From Alistipes sp. (lineage in GTDB: Bacteria; Bacteroidota; Bacteroidia; Bacteroidales; Rikenellaceae): a DNA stretch of 64,000 bases. Where the stretch lies: assembly GCA_045655585.1 (NCBI GenBank), contig JAZOPO010000018.1, positions 2,438 to 66,437 of the forward strand. Reading direction: 5' to 3'. The translations under genes were made by a program, and so were the position numbers. Positions 39,303-48,986 of this stretch are shown here, one piece after another; the first letter of the stretch is position 1; each line of letters opens with the position of its first letter. Under the pieces are notes generated by a model. It was not told the origin of the DNA and made no database searches. It saw only the letters and a list, made by a program, of their open reading frames with translations.

Positions 39303-40589
39303 CTATCGCAGGGTAAAGCGCAGACCGATATTTAGATTAAAGTTCAGGGGTTGCTGGCTGTAAATGGTCTCAATGGCGCTGCCGTTGTTGAACCAATAAC
39401 CCACACCCGGCTCGACATACAAACCTACAATGGGCGAGAGGTTTACCTGCGCACCCACCGAGCCCATTACCGAGAATTGCAACTCATCGACCATCAGGTT
39501 GGTGCGTTGCATTTTTTCGTTTTGGCCGTTAATGGTGTATATGGTCTTCACGCTTCCCGCGATGCACTTCTCTATCATCGCCCCTGCCGACAGATAGAGC
39601 ACGAAATGTTTGGTCGGCCAGATGTTGTATACTCCGCTCACAGGCAGACCGAGGTAGCTGAGCATCTGCTTGTCGGTCGAGTAGTTGTTGGTGTGACCCG
39701 CCTTGGTGCGCGAGTGCAACATCGAGTATGTGAGTCCGCTCTCCACCGCCCAGCTATCGCTAAACTGATAACGCAGTGAGAAGCCAACGCGCACGGGCTG
39801 GCTATGGTGGGTGTCGCTCTTATATCGCTCCTTGCTACTCATAAGCAACACTCCGTTCGACGCTGCCGTCATATCGCCCTCGCCAAATAGCACCGAGTTA
39901 ATTTGAAACACCTGTTGTTCACCGTGCTTCGAGTAATCGGCCGCCGAGCCCGATGCAAAGATATTGGCCGTAAGGCGAGCCGAGTTGCGCTTTGAGGGTT
40001 GCGACACGGCGTAGAGATTACTCATACTGGTGCGCGCCGATGTTTCACGGCTTTGGGCCGCAGATTTCGACTTTGCAGGCTGGTTCTCTGCCTTATTTTC
40101 TGCGTTGTTTTCCGTATTATTAGCCTCGTTGATTTCGGCCTCGTTAGCCTTTTCGGGTATTGTATTTTCGTTTTGAGCAACCTCCTCTACGGCTTGATTT
40201 TCCGATACAAGAATTGGCGCTTGCGCGGGTATACCCCTGATTACAAGACTCTTTTTAACGATATTTTCAGCAACCTGCTCTGCGGGCTTCACTTCCGATT
40301 GGCTCTGTGCAATAAACTCCTCGACCATAGCCTGCTCGCTCTGAGCGATGCTCTGGGTCAACATATCCGCATCGGGTTGCACGCTTCTATCCAGCAACAG
40401 ATAACCTCCCGCCATAACTGCCACCACGGCAGCCACAGCCGTCCACCTACGCCAGCCGACAAGAGGCACGACGGGGGCAGGCTCCGCTGCGGGCAGCGCC
40501 TCCATCACCTGCTCGAAGAGAGCCTCGGGCGCAGGGGCCTCATACTCGGCCATACGACTGCGCAAATCTTCACTCCATCGACTATTCAT
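39303..40589 (-). CDS. Probable dual-membrane-spanning anti-sigma factor (N-terminal anti-sigma, TM, disordered linker, C-terminal beta-barrel)
   Basis: LRSRMAEYEAPAPEALFE N-terminus, TM AVAAVVAVMAGGYLLL, Q/E/N/A-rich linker, beta-strands ending NIGLRF; overlaps ECF sigma gene. Confidence 0.75.
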   Translation of the reverse strand: MNSRWSEDLRSRMAEYEAPAPEALFEQVMEALPAAEPAPVVPLVGWRRWTAVAAVVAVMAGGYLLLDRSVQPDADMLTQSIAQSEQAMVEEFIAQSQSEVKPAEQVAENIVKKSLVIRGIPAQAPILVSENQAVEEVAQNENTIPEKANEAEINEANNTENNAENKAENQPAKSKSAAQSRETSARTSMSNLYAVSQPSKRNSARLTANIFASGSAADYSKHGEQQVFQINSVLFGEGDMTAASNGVLLMSSKERYKSDTHHSQPVRVGFSLRYQFSDSWAVESGLTYSMLHSRTKAGHTNNYSTDKQMLSYLGLPVSGVYNIWPTKHFVLYLSAGAMIEKCIAGSVKTIYTINGQNEKMQRTNLMVDELQFSVMGSVGAQVNLSPIVGLYVEPGVGYWFNNGSAIETIYSQQPLNFNLNIGLRFTLR

Positions 40590-41142
40590 AGGTTTTATTT
40601 TCTTTTGATTTATATTCGTTAATCTTTCTTGCCAGAATACTCTTGGCACGGTGTAGTTGCGAGGCTGAGGTGCTCTCGCCTATGCCCAGCAGTGTGGCTA
40701 TCTCACGGTGCGAGCGCTGCTCGAAGACATAGAGGTTGAAGACGGCACGATAACCGGGTGGTAGCTCGCGTATCATCGTGTGGATAACATCGATGGGCAC
40801 CTGCTCGGTGTCGGGCTCCTCGTCGGCCTCATCTATAAGCGCATCGACAGCCACGAAGTCGCTCTGCCGACGCAGATGGCTCAGAGCCGTATTGACCACG
40901 ATGCGTGTCAGCCACGCCCGAAGAGAGCCTGCGCCCCGAAACTCGAAATCGGCTATGGAGGTGAATACCTTCACGAAGCTCTCCTGCAACACATCACCAA
41001 GCAGTGAGTCATCGACATAGCGCCCCGCCACGGCCGTCAGGTAACGAATATGACGGTCGTAGAGCTCCCTCATCGCGGCACCATCGCGGCGCTTGACGAG
41101 TTCTACCAATCGGGCCTCATCTATGTTTTTGGGTTGGCTCAC
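40582..41142 (-). CDS. ECF RNA polymerase sigma factor
   Basis: DVLQESFVKVF, WLTRIVVN (region 2); LPPGYRAVFNL...HREIA.LLGI...S.SQLHRAK (region 4). Confidence 0.93.
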   Translation of the reverse strand: MSQPKNIDEARLVELVKRRDGAAMRELYDRHIRYLTAVAGRYVDDSLLGDVLQESFVKVFTSIADFEFRGAGSLRAWLTRIVVNTALSHLRRQSDFVAVDALIDEADEEPDTEQVPIDVIHTMIRELPPGYRAVFNLYVFEQRSHREIATLLGIGESTSASQLHRAKSILARKINEYKSKENKTYE

Positions 41143-41172
41143 AGCTTGGGGTTGCGGAGTTAGACCACACTA

Positions 41173-41907
41173 TTACTCTACATCAATCGACGGAGTAGCC
41201 ACCTGCGAATAAGGTGTACTATTATTAGAAGGGTCACCATTGAGATAAAATTCTACACTCTTCTCGCCAGAGAATGAGGTCCATACCAACTTTAACTTTG
41301 CATTGGGGTCGTTAGTCTGGGGCAGGCTGCTCAAATCGAAAGCCACGATGCCGTCGGCCAAATCGCCCGCAGTATCCTCGTAAGCGTTGTGACGCAGATG
41401 CACCTCGTAGGGGTTGTCGGGATTAACGCCCTTGACAAGGTTCAGGAAGTGTGTAACGCCCAAGCCGCTTGACATAGTGCGGAAGCGAAGTGTAAGGTAG
41501 CCGTCCTCAACGAGTGTAACCCAATCCTTCACAATCTCCAACGGGTCGTCACCAAGCTCCTCCTGCGACATTGTACCCCACTGCACGGGCTCCTTTGTGA
41601 GAATATCGTCCATCCACAACACACGCACCGCGTAGGTGTAGGGCGCGGGGTCGTCCTCTGTCTCGACATAGTTAACGAGCGCACGCACGGGCTTGGTGCC
41701 GTAGGGTGAACCTTTGAGGTTCACGGGGCGAAGCGTGGTGGTGTTGTCGAGTTGGAGGTAGCACGAGTTGTTACCATCGGTGGGTTTAACGGTAACCAAC
41801 GCCGTGGGATAGATATCGCCGATGGTGTACGAATCGTCGTTGTTGCAGGCCGAGAAAGAGGCTGCAACGAGGAGCGCAGCGAGCGCGAGAGTGATAAATT
41901 TCTTCAT
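41173..41907 (-). CDS. NigD-like lipoprotein
   Basis: Lipobox FSAC followed by acidic NNDDS; ALVTVK, RALVNY, GDDP, DGYLTLRF, HLRHNA, AFDLSSLP. Confidence 0.78.
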   Translation of the reverse strand: MKKFITLALAALLVAASFSACNNDDSYTIGDIYPTALVTVKPTDGNNSCYLQLDNTTTLRPVNLKGSPYGTKPVRALVNYVETEDDPAPYTYAVRVLWMDDILTKEPVQWGTMSQEELGDDPLEIVKDWVTLVEDGYLTLRFRTMSSGLGVTHFLNLVKGVNPDNPYEVHLRHNAYEDTAGDLADGIVAFDLSSLPQTNDPNAKLKLVWTSFSGEKSVEFYLNGDPSNNSTPYSQVATPSIDVE

Positions 41908-41941
41908 AGTTGTATTGTTTTTTTCTTTGTTTCCACACATT

Positions 41942-41967
41942 AAACGCAAAGAATCGAAAACCTTGCA
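41942..41967 (-). promoter_or_regulatory. Candidate ECF-type promoter upstream of nigD-like/ECF operon
   Basis: Minus strand TGCAAGG-N14-CGTTT, resembling ECF -35/-10 elements. Confidence 0.45.
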
Positions 41968-42087
41968 CGGTGCAAGATACTTTTTTTTCTCTTTTCTTCA
42001 ATATCATTGCCTAAAAAAGAGTCTATGGCTGAAAAAATTTTGTTCTGCGCGCGCGTTGTAGTATATTTGCAGTAAGAATATTTCGTT

Positions 42088-42540
42088 ATGGCAAAGACGA
42101 TAAATATCAGCTACGAGCACTACACGCTCGACAGCCTGCCTAAGGCCGATAGCGAGCTTGTGCAGGCGGCATTTGAGGCTACGGCTCAGGCCTATGCGCC
42201 CTACTCGGGATTCAAGGTGGGGGCGGCGGCACGCCTGCGTGGTGGGCAGATAATCACGGCCGCCAACTGCGAGAGCGAGGTCTATCCTTCGGGGCTGTGT
42301 GCCGAGCGTTCTTTGCTCTACCACTACGCCAGCAATTATACCGACAACCCGATAGAGGCTATGGCCATTGCATCTGCGCCCTCGGAGAGGGAGTGCTACC
42401 CCTGCGGTGCGTGCCGACAGGTTATCTTAGATGCGGAGAATCGCCAGCAGAGCCCCATACGCATCATTATGGCGGGCGGCGGCACGGCAACGGTAGTCGA
42501 GAGTGCCAAGGATTTATTGCCGTTTATGTTTAAATTATAA
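42088..42540 (+). CDS. cdd: Cytidine deaminase
   Basis: AYAPYSGFKVGAA, LCAER, PCGACRQ. Confidence 0.92.
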   Translation: MAKTINISYEHYTLDSLPKADSELVQAAFEATAQAYAPYSGFKVGAAARLRGGQIITAANCESEVYPSGLCAERSLLYHYASNYTDNPIEAMAIASAPSERECYPCGACRQVILDAENRQQSPIRIIMAGGGTATVVESAKDLLPFMFKL

Positions 42541-42579
42541 GAACAAAGATTTTAACAAACCGTGAGGGTTGCAACCTAA

Positions 42580-42672
42580 GGAGCTGCTTGCAGCGACCAA
42601 AGTCCCCTCCCAAGGAGGGGATTTAGGGGTGGGTAGAACTTGCAAATGCGGCCACGGGCCGCAAGGTATGCC
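42580..42672 (+). repeat. Dispersed structured repeat family B, copy 1 (REP-like CCCCTCC..GGAGGGG..GGGGTGGG)
   Basis: Matches reverse complement of 51136-51229. Confidence 0.8.
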
Positions 42673-42716
42673 ATCAGAAGCGAGAATACATCCAACTTTT
42701 GTAATAACATTAAATT

Positions 42717-43400
42717 ATGATACACCCAAAAGATATACTTTACGAAGACAACCATATTATTGTTGTCAACAAACGCTGTGGCGAGTTGGTACAGCCCGAC
42801 CGCGAGACGGAGGAGGCGTTGGAGAATGATATTAAGACAATGATTAAGGTGCGCGACCATAAGCCCGGAGATGTATTCCTCGGCGTGGTGCACCGCATCG
42901 ACCGCCCCGTGAGTGGCGCTGTGCTCTTTGCCAAGACTTCGAAGGCACTCACACGCCTCAACGAGATGATTCGAGTTGGCGAGATTCACAAGACCTACTG
43001 GGCTATTGTCGAGGCTCGTCCTGCACAGGAGGAGGGCTCACTCACCCACTACATCGTACGCGATGGTCGCACAAATCGCTCACGCGCATACGACAAACCC
43101 AAGGCCGATGGCAAGAAGGCTATGCTCAATTACAGCGTCCTCGGCTGCTCGGCACGCTACACACTGGTGGAGGTGGAGCTCCTCACAGGCCGTCATCACC
43201 AGATACGCGCACAGCTCTCGAAGATTGGCTGCCCCATCAAGGGCGACTTGAAGTATGGCGCAAAGCGTTCAAATCCCGATGGCGGTATCTCGCTGCACTC
43301 ACGCAAGGTGGAGTTCCTGCACCCCGTACGCAAGGAGATGATTAGCATCACGGCACCTGCGCCAAAGGATAATTTGTGGGAGTTTTTTGAGTCTATGTAG
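42717..43400 (+). CDS. RluA family pseudouridine synthase
   Basis: VHRIDRPVSG, TGRHHQIR, GDLKYG. Confidence 0.93.
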   Translation: MIHPKDILYEDNHIIVVNKRCGELVQPDRETEEALENDIKTMIKVRDHKPGDVFLGVVHRIDRPVSGAVLFAKTSKALTRLNEMIRVGEIHKTYWAIVEARPAQEEGSLTHYIVRDGRTNRSRAYDKPKADGKKAMLNYSVLGCSARYTLVEVELLTGRHHQIRAQLSKIGCPIKGDLKYGAKRSNPDGGISLHSRKVEFLHPVRKEMISITAPAPKDNLWEFFESM

Positions 43401-43402
43401 TT

Positions 43403-43855
43403 ATGAGATTGTTGATTCAGCGCGTAACGGAGGCCTCGGTTACAATCGACGGCCGTGTCCATTCGCAAATAGGAAAGGGTTTGATGGTGCTGGTGGGCAT
43501 CGAGGAGGCCGACACACAGGAGGATATAGATTGGCTGACGGGAAAACTACTTCGCCTGCGCATCTTTGACGATGAGGCGGGGGTGATGAATCTCGATGTA
43601 CAGCAGGTCGGAGGCGAGGTGATGGTGGTGAGTCAGTTCACGCTACACGCCTCGACAAAGAAGGGTAACCGCCCATCCTATTTCCGTGCTGCGGGAGAGG
43701 CTATCTCGCGTCCGATGTACGAGAAGTTTGTGCAGTCGGTGGAGCAGGCTCTGGGCAAGAGAGTTGCTACGGGTGAGTTTGGTGCCGATATGAAGGTGGC
43801 ACTGGTGAACGATGGGCCTGTGACGATATGGATTGACTCGCGCAACAGAGAGTAA
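43403..43855 (+). CDS. dtd: D-aminoacyl-tRNA deacylase
   Basis: QRV..ASV, SQFTL, NDGPVT. Confidence 0.96.
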   Translation: MRLLIQRVTEASVTIDGRVHSQIGKGLMVLVGIEEADTQEDIDWLTGKLLRLRIFDDEAGVMNLDVQQVGGEVMVVSQFTLHASTKKGNRPSYFRAAGEAISRPMYEKFVQSVEQALGKRVATGEFGADMKVALVNDGPVTIWIDSRNRE

Positions 43856-43856
43856 G

Positions 43857-44882
43857 ATGAGAAGAAGAACAAAGAAGTTAGGCTCGCGCCGCACCACTAT
43901 ATATATAATAGTAATCGTACTGCTGGTGGCGGCAAACTACATTCACGGCCTATCCAACGACACCGAGCCTGCGACAACAGAGCAGACATCGGCGCAGGCG
44001 GAGGAGCACTCGGCAAAGGAGGTGGCAGCAAAGGAGCAGACGGCGAAGAATACTACGACAGAGCCCGCAAAGAAGCAGGCGGCAAAGCAGAGCAGCGAGC
44101 CCCGTTCGGGTTGGGCGGAGCTGCCCGTGCAGGCGGAGAGCCGAGAGCTATACATCTCACACCATATGTGTGACGAGGATACACGCAACTACACGGTGTG
44201 TTACAGCAGTCGTCATCGCTCGCCGATGTGGATTGCGGCGCCTATGCACCAATCATACAATGGCAGCGTGAAACGCATAGACAACTATGGCTACGACCCT
44301 ACGCTGCCTGTGAATATACAGACACGCCTTAATCGCTCCTACGGAGAGTACACACGAGGTCATATGTTAGGCTCAGCCGAGCGTAACGCCTCGCGCGAGA
44401 TGAACACGCAGACATTCTATGTAACCAACATTGCACCGCAGATTCAGCGCGGCTTCAACCAGCAGGGCGGAGCGTGGAACAACCTCGAAAAGTTTGTCGA
44501 TGGTCAGGTGTGTGCCGACACGCTATATGTGGTGACGGGAGCAATCTACGACGAGTATACGGCAGCCGATGGCGAAGTTATCAAGCCACGCACTACGACC
44601 AACAAGAACGACTCGGAGCAGGTGGGTGTGCCAACGGCATATTACAAGGCTCTGCTACGCACAAAGTCGGGCACGACGGGCAAGAGCGCCACAGAGTGCA
44701 AGGCCTCGGAGTTGAAGTGTGCGGCATTTGTTGTTGCCCACCGCTCGCATACGGGACTAAAACCCTCGGCCGAGAATATTATGTCGATAGACGAGTTGGA
44801 GAGGCTGACGGGCGTGGACTTCTTCAAGAATGTACCCAACGCCCCCGAGAGCCGAGCCGTGGCGAAAGAGTGGGGTTTGTAA
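43857..44882 (+). CDS. Membrane-anchored DNA/RNA non-specific endonuclease (NucA-like)
   Basis: N-terminal TM; WAELP, RGHM, TFYVTNIAPQ, WNNLE, VPTAYYK. Confidence 0.88.
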   Translation: MRRRTKKLGSRRTTIYIIVIVLLVAANYIHGLSNDTEPATTEQTSAQAEEHSAKEVAAKEQTAKNTTTEPAKKQAAKQSSEPRSGWAELPVQAESRELYISHHMCDEDTRNYTVCYSSRHRSPMWIAAPMHQSYNGSVKRIDNYGYDPTLPVNIQTRLNRSYGEYTRGHMLGSAERNASREMNTQTFYVTNIAPQIQRGFNQQGGAWNNLEKFVDGQVCADTLYVVTGAIYDEYTAADGEVIKPRTTTNKNDSEQVGVPTAYYKALLRTKSGTTGKSATECKASELKCAAFVVAHRSHTGLKPSAENIMSIDELERLTGVDFFKNVPNAPESRAVAKEWGL

Positions 44883-44900
44883 AAGAAAAATATATAAAGT

Positions 44901-45458
44901 ATGGATATAGCACAAGCAAAACGAAAAGAGAACATAGCCGAGTACATACTCTACCTATGGCAGTTGGAGGACCTGCTCCGCGCATTGCAGTTCAGCCCCG
45001 AGGCGATATACTCTCAGCTCGTCGCTCCGCGTCAGGTGGAGGAGGAGCAGAAACATATCTTCCTGTTGTGGTATATGGACATCGTAAACCTTCTGCGCAA
45101 GGAGGGCAAGGAGGAGAGTGGCCACTTGGAGCATACGCTACATCTGATTGGCGATATGCACAACCTGCACCTACAACTTATGCAGAACCCCGTGGGTGAA
45201 CACTACCGCAAGACCTTTGCTGCGCTTGCTCCGCAGTTGCCTCAGTTGCGCGCGATGATAAAGAAGGAGGATGTCTCGGATACCGAGGTGGCATTCCGTG
45301 CGCTCTATGCCGCTATGCTCTACCGCATAAAGGGTGATAAGAAGCGTGCCGATGCGGTGAAAGACACCATCGAACTGGTGTCGCCCGTGGTGGCCGAGCT
45401 GGCCGCTATGTACGGCAAGGTGGAGCGTGGCGAGGTAGACCTATTCAAGGATATGTAG
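44901..45458 (+). CDS. DUF4924 family protein
   Basis: KRKENIAEYILYLWQLEDLLRA. Confidence 0.85.
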   Translation: MDIAQAKRKENIAEYILYLWQLEDLLRALQFSPEAIYSQLVAPRQVEEEQKHIFLLWYMDIVNLLRKEGKEESGHLEHTLHLIGDMHNLHLQLMQNPVGEHYRKTFAALAPQLPQLRAMIKKEDVSDTEVAFRALYAAMLYRIKGDKKRADAVKDTIELVSPVVAELAAMYGKVERGEVDLFKDM

Positions 45459-45676
45459 CACAAAATGGCTCCAAAAAGGGCACAAAACGACTCCACAAAG
45501 GGTGCAAAATGGCTTGCAAAGCCCTCGAAAAGGGCAAAAAGGGGCGGAAAGATTATTTTTATTCGTAAATATTTTGATAAATCGAAAAAAACATCTTACC
45601 TTTGCCCCTCGCAAAGACTATGATAATAGCGTAGTTGGCGCGAATATGTGAAACAAACACAAAAAACGATATCGTT

Positions 45677-45844
45677 ATGGCAATGAAAAGAACTTATCAG
45701 CCTTCTCGTCGCAAGAGAATCAACAAGCACGGATTCCGTCAGAGAATGGCAACTGCTAACGGCCGCAAGGTATTGGCAGCGCGTCGCGCAAAGGGACGCA
45801 AGAAGTTGACCGTATCGGATGAGTCAACATTCAAGTATGCTTAA
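45677..45844 (+). CDS. rpmH: 50S ribosomal protein L34
   Basis: [32 protein letters not shown]; promoter -33 45573-76, -7 45597-604. Confidence 0.97.
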   Translation: MAMKRTYQPSRRKRINKHGFRQRMATANGRKVLAARRAKGRKKLTVSDESTFKYA

Positions 45845-45867
45845 TTTTCCGATTCTGTCGGAAAAAT

Positions 45868-45902
45868 AAGAGGGGAACGGACGCGTTCCCCTCTTGTTTT
45901 TT
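45868..45902 (+). terminator. Intrinsic terminator
   Basis: AAGAGGGGAACG / CGTTCCCCTCTT plus T-run. Confidence 0.8.
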
Positions 45903-45962
45903 ATCAAAAAACAAGGGCGCTCTGCTGTTGCAGAACGCCCATTATTCTAAATGAGGTAGTCC

Positions 45963-47426
45963 CTATGCCTCCTCGTCGTAACCCGTAGCCTTGGCACGCC
46001 ACATAAGAGTGAAGATAACCATACCTACGATAGCCATCGCAATCATCATCAGGAAGACATAGTTCCAGCCCTGACCCGGGTTCACCTTGTTTACCCAGTC
46101 GACCATAGCACCGATACCCAAACCTGATACGAATGTACTCAGATAGCCGAAGATACCTGTAACACCATTAGCCGTAGCGGCTGCGCTCTTGGTAGCCTGA
46201 TTAGCGGCAGCGATACCAATCAACGCCTGAGGGCCGTAGATGAAGAATCCTACCATACCCAACACGCCAGCCAACACCACAACGGGGCTTGTACCGGGCA
46301 GGAAGTAGAAGATACCCATAAACGATGCGGCACCCAACATACAGAATACGCAGGTGCGGTGTGCGCGACCCTTGAAGAACTTATCTGTTGCCCAGCCAGC
46401 CACGAGCATACCTACGATACCCATAATCTCCGACACGGCGATAATCCAACCAGCATCTGCGGGCTCCAAGCCGCGAGCCTCCTGCAAGAACTTGGGACCC
46501 CAATCGAGCACAGCGAAGCGTACTACATATACGAAGAAGTTGGCAAAGGCCAAAATCCAGATGAGCGGGTTGCGGAATACCTTCTCGCGCAAGAATGCCT
46601 TATACTCGGCAGAGTTTGTGTTGTTCTCAACCTTGGTGTGTGTACCAGCCAACTCGGGCAGGCCAACAGACTTGGGAGTATCGCGCAAGAATACGAACAG
46701 GCCAACAGCACCTGCCAACGCAAAGAGGGCGGGCACCCAGAAGCACCACTGCCAAGCACCGATGTGAGATGCAGCGTCCATAACCTTCTCGTTAAGCAGC
46801 TCGGGGTTCTCCAAAAGTGCAGGGTTGAGCGTCGTAAGGTTTGTGCGGATAGCCTCCACAGCCTCGGCATTGTGTGTCATATCGCTACCCATCGAGCCCA
46901 TAACATATCCGCAGAGGATAGCCAAAAGGCTGGCACCGATAGAGTGTGAAGTGTTCCATACCGACATCTTTGTAGCCAACTCGTGGGGCGGAATCCAGTG
47001 CGACAAAAGGCGTGCGCACGGGGGAAAGCCACTACCCTGGAAGATGTTGTTGAGCACGAGCAATACGCCGAATACCACTACCAGCGAGTGGGGTGCAACA
47101 CCCAGCTTAACGCCCAAGATAGAGGGGCCAAAGCCGAATGCGAAGCTTGCCAACACGCAGAGCAGCAGACCGATAGACATATGGTAGCGGGCATTCATAC
47201 GGTCGGCCAGCAATCCATTCATAAAACGCGACAGACCATAGATAAGACCCACAACGGTCATAATGATACCGAAGCTGGTGTTCGATATACCATACTCGGC
47301 AGCAAGTCCCGGAATGGCAAATGAGAAGTTCTTACGCACGAAGTAGAAGAGTGCGTAGCCAATCATCGTAGCACCAATGGTGCGATACTGCCAATACTTG
47401 AATTTTTTGGCTTGTTCTTGTGTCAT
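45963..47426 (-). CDS. MFS organophosphate:phosphate antiporter (GlpT/UhpC/PgtP-like)
   Basis: GYALFYFVRKNF, WNTSHSIG, RDTP..VGLP, FIYGPQ.LIG. Confidence 0.9.
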   Translation of the reverse strand: MTQEQAKKFKYWQYRTIGATMIGYALFYFVRKNFSFAIPGLAAEYGISNTSFGIIMTVVGLIYGLSRFMNGLLADRMNARYHMSIGLLLCVLASFAFGFGPSILGVKLGVAPHSLVVVFGVLLVLNNIFQGSGFPPCARLLSHWIPPHELATKMSVWNTSHSIGASLLAILCGYVMGSMGSDMTHNAEAVEAIRTNLTTLNPALLENPELLNEKVMDAASHIGAWQWCFWVPALFALAGAVGLFVFLRDTPKSVGLPELAGTHTKVENNTNSAEYKAFLREKVFRNPLIWILAFANFFVYVVRFAVLDWGPKFLQEARGLEPADAGWIIAVSEIMGIVGMLVAGWATDKFFKGRAHRTCVFCMLGAASFMGIFYFLPGTSPVVVLAGVLGMVGFFIYGPQALIGIAAANQATKSAAATANGVTGIFGYLSTFVSGLGIGAMVDWVNKVNPGQGWNYVFLMMIAMAIVGMVIFTLMWRAKATGYDEEA

Positions 47427-47510
47427 AATATTTGGTTTTTGATTTTGCGTAGTAGTTTCCAACTCACAAAGATACGCTTTTTCGCAGAAAAACTCTCTTT
47501 TTAAGAGAAA

Positions 47511-47646
47511 ATAAGTGTTATAGGGGTTATAAGCAGATAGGTATTATAAGAATTAAGGTGATATAGACAACTATTTATAATTCCTATAACACCTATAATT
47601 CCTAACCCTCTTTTATCTTTGCTCTTTACTCTTTCATCTTTGCTCT
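47511..47646. repeat. 9-bp TATAGG-type repeats with inverted copies plus 7-bp TCTTTNN tandem
   Basis: TATAGGGGT/TATAAG.. units, inverted TTCCTATAA/ACCTATAA units, then TCTTTTA TCTTTGC TCTTTAC TCTTTCA TCTTTGC. Confidence 0.55.
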
Positions 47647-48958
47647 ACTGTCTTATCCACGACAGCAGCTCCTTGAAGGTCGGCTTCTTGCCGTGCATAA
47701 AGATACCTACGCGGTAAATCTTGCCTGCCACCCACGCCATACCTGCCACCGAGGCGTAGAGCAACACCAGCGAGAGCATAATCTGCCAAGTAGGTATATC
47801 GAATGGTATGCGAGCCATCATCACCACGGGAGAGGTGAAGGGGATAATAGAGCCCCAGAATGCCAAAGTCGAATTGGGGTCGTTAAAGACCGACATAGCC
47901 AATATCAGCGCAAGGATAATAGGCACTGTGATAGGCGTTTGCAGCTGATTGGCGTCCTGAATAGAGTCCACCGCCGAGCCCACGGCAGCAAACATAGCCG
48001 AGTAGAAGAGGAAGCCACCCAAGAGGAACAGCAGCAACCACACGAACATCATCATAAGGCCCGTAACATCTGTCGCAAGGCTCAACGCCGAGATAGTCTC
48101 AATATCCATATCGGCCTCGGCAAGAGTCATCTGGCCCGCCTGCACAGCCTCAACGCTCTGCATAATATCCTCGGGCATCAGCGCGGGCAACACGGCCGAG
48201 CCTATGCCACACACCAGCACACCCCAGATGGCTATCTGCGTAACGGCAACAGCCGCCACACCGAGAATCTTACCCATCATAAGCTGGAAGGGATTAACGC
48301 TCGACACCAGCACATCCAAAACGCGCGAGCCCTTCTCCTCGATTACCGAGGTCATAACCATCGAGCCGTAGATGATAAGGAACATATAGAGCATCATACC
48401 CAGCACCAGACCGAGCAGATACGACACCACGGACGATGTAGCCTGCTCATCCTCGCCCTCGGCGCTATGGTCGTTGCGGTAGGTGGTCATCGTAACCGAC
48501 GCCTCCAAGTTCTTCATTATATCTTCCAGACCCTCAATGTCGTAGCGTTTGAGTCGCTCACGCTCAATGACCTTCTCTATCTGTGCCGTGATAGACTCTT
48601 CGAGCGACATCGACGACGAGGAGTTGGTGTAGAGTTTCACCTCGGAGGGGTGCTCGACAACGCTCTCGCCAATCCACAGCACGCCAAAGACATCGGCATC
48701 TTCACGCGCCGACTCTAACGAGAGGTCAACGGCCTTGAACTCTACATCTTCGTTGCTCTCCAACTGCGAGGCCACTACCCCGCTGTCGTCTATCACCAGC
48801 AGTCTCTTCTGCTCACCCTTGGCAAAGAGCATCATCAGCGTGGGTGCCGCCATCAGGCCAAGCATAAGCAGTGGCATAAGTATGGTGGTGATGATAAATG
48901 ACTTCTTACGCACTCGCTCGTTGAACTCTCGTGCGATAATTATTCCTATCTTGTTCAT
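47645..48958 (-). CDS. ABC-2 type transporter permease (NatB/YhaP-like)
   Basis: REFNERVRKKSF, VIEEKGSRVLDVLVSSV, MGKILG, IPFTSP. Confidence 0.9.
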   Translation of the reverse strand: MNKIGIIIAREFNERVRKKSFIITTILMPLLMLGLMAAPTLMMLFAKGEQKRLLVIDDSGVVASQLESNEDVEFKAVDLSLESAREDADVFGVLWIGESVVEHPSEVKLYTNSSSSMSLEESITAQIEKVIERERLKRYDIEGLEDIMKNLEASVTMTTYRNDHSAEGEDEQATSSVVSYLLGLVLGMMLYMFLIIYGSMVMTSVIEEKGSRVLDVLVSSVNPFQLMMGKILGVAAVAVTQIAIWGVLVCGIGSAVLPALMPEDIMQSVEAVQAGQMTLAEADMDIETISALSLATDVTGLMMMFVWLLLFLLGGFLFYSAMFAAVGSAVDSIQDANQLQTPITVPIILALILAMSVFNDPNSTLAFWGSIIPFTSPVVMMARIPFDIPTWQIMLSLVLLYASVAGMAWVAGKIYRVGIFMHGKKPTFKELLSWIRQ

Positions 48959-48986
48959 AGTAAAATGTTTTCTTTTAATAAATTAA

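Noticed and set aside
44474-45199. 241-aa alternative-frame ORF
   Set aside because: Overlaps the nuclease and DUF4924 genes out of frame; no recognisable features
47693-48718. 341-aa plus-strand ORF
   Set aside because: His/Arg/Gln-rich antisense shadow of the ABC permease
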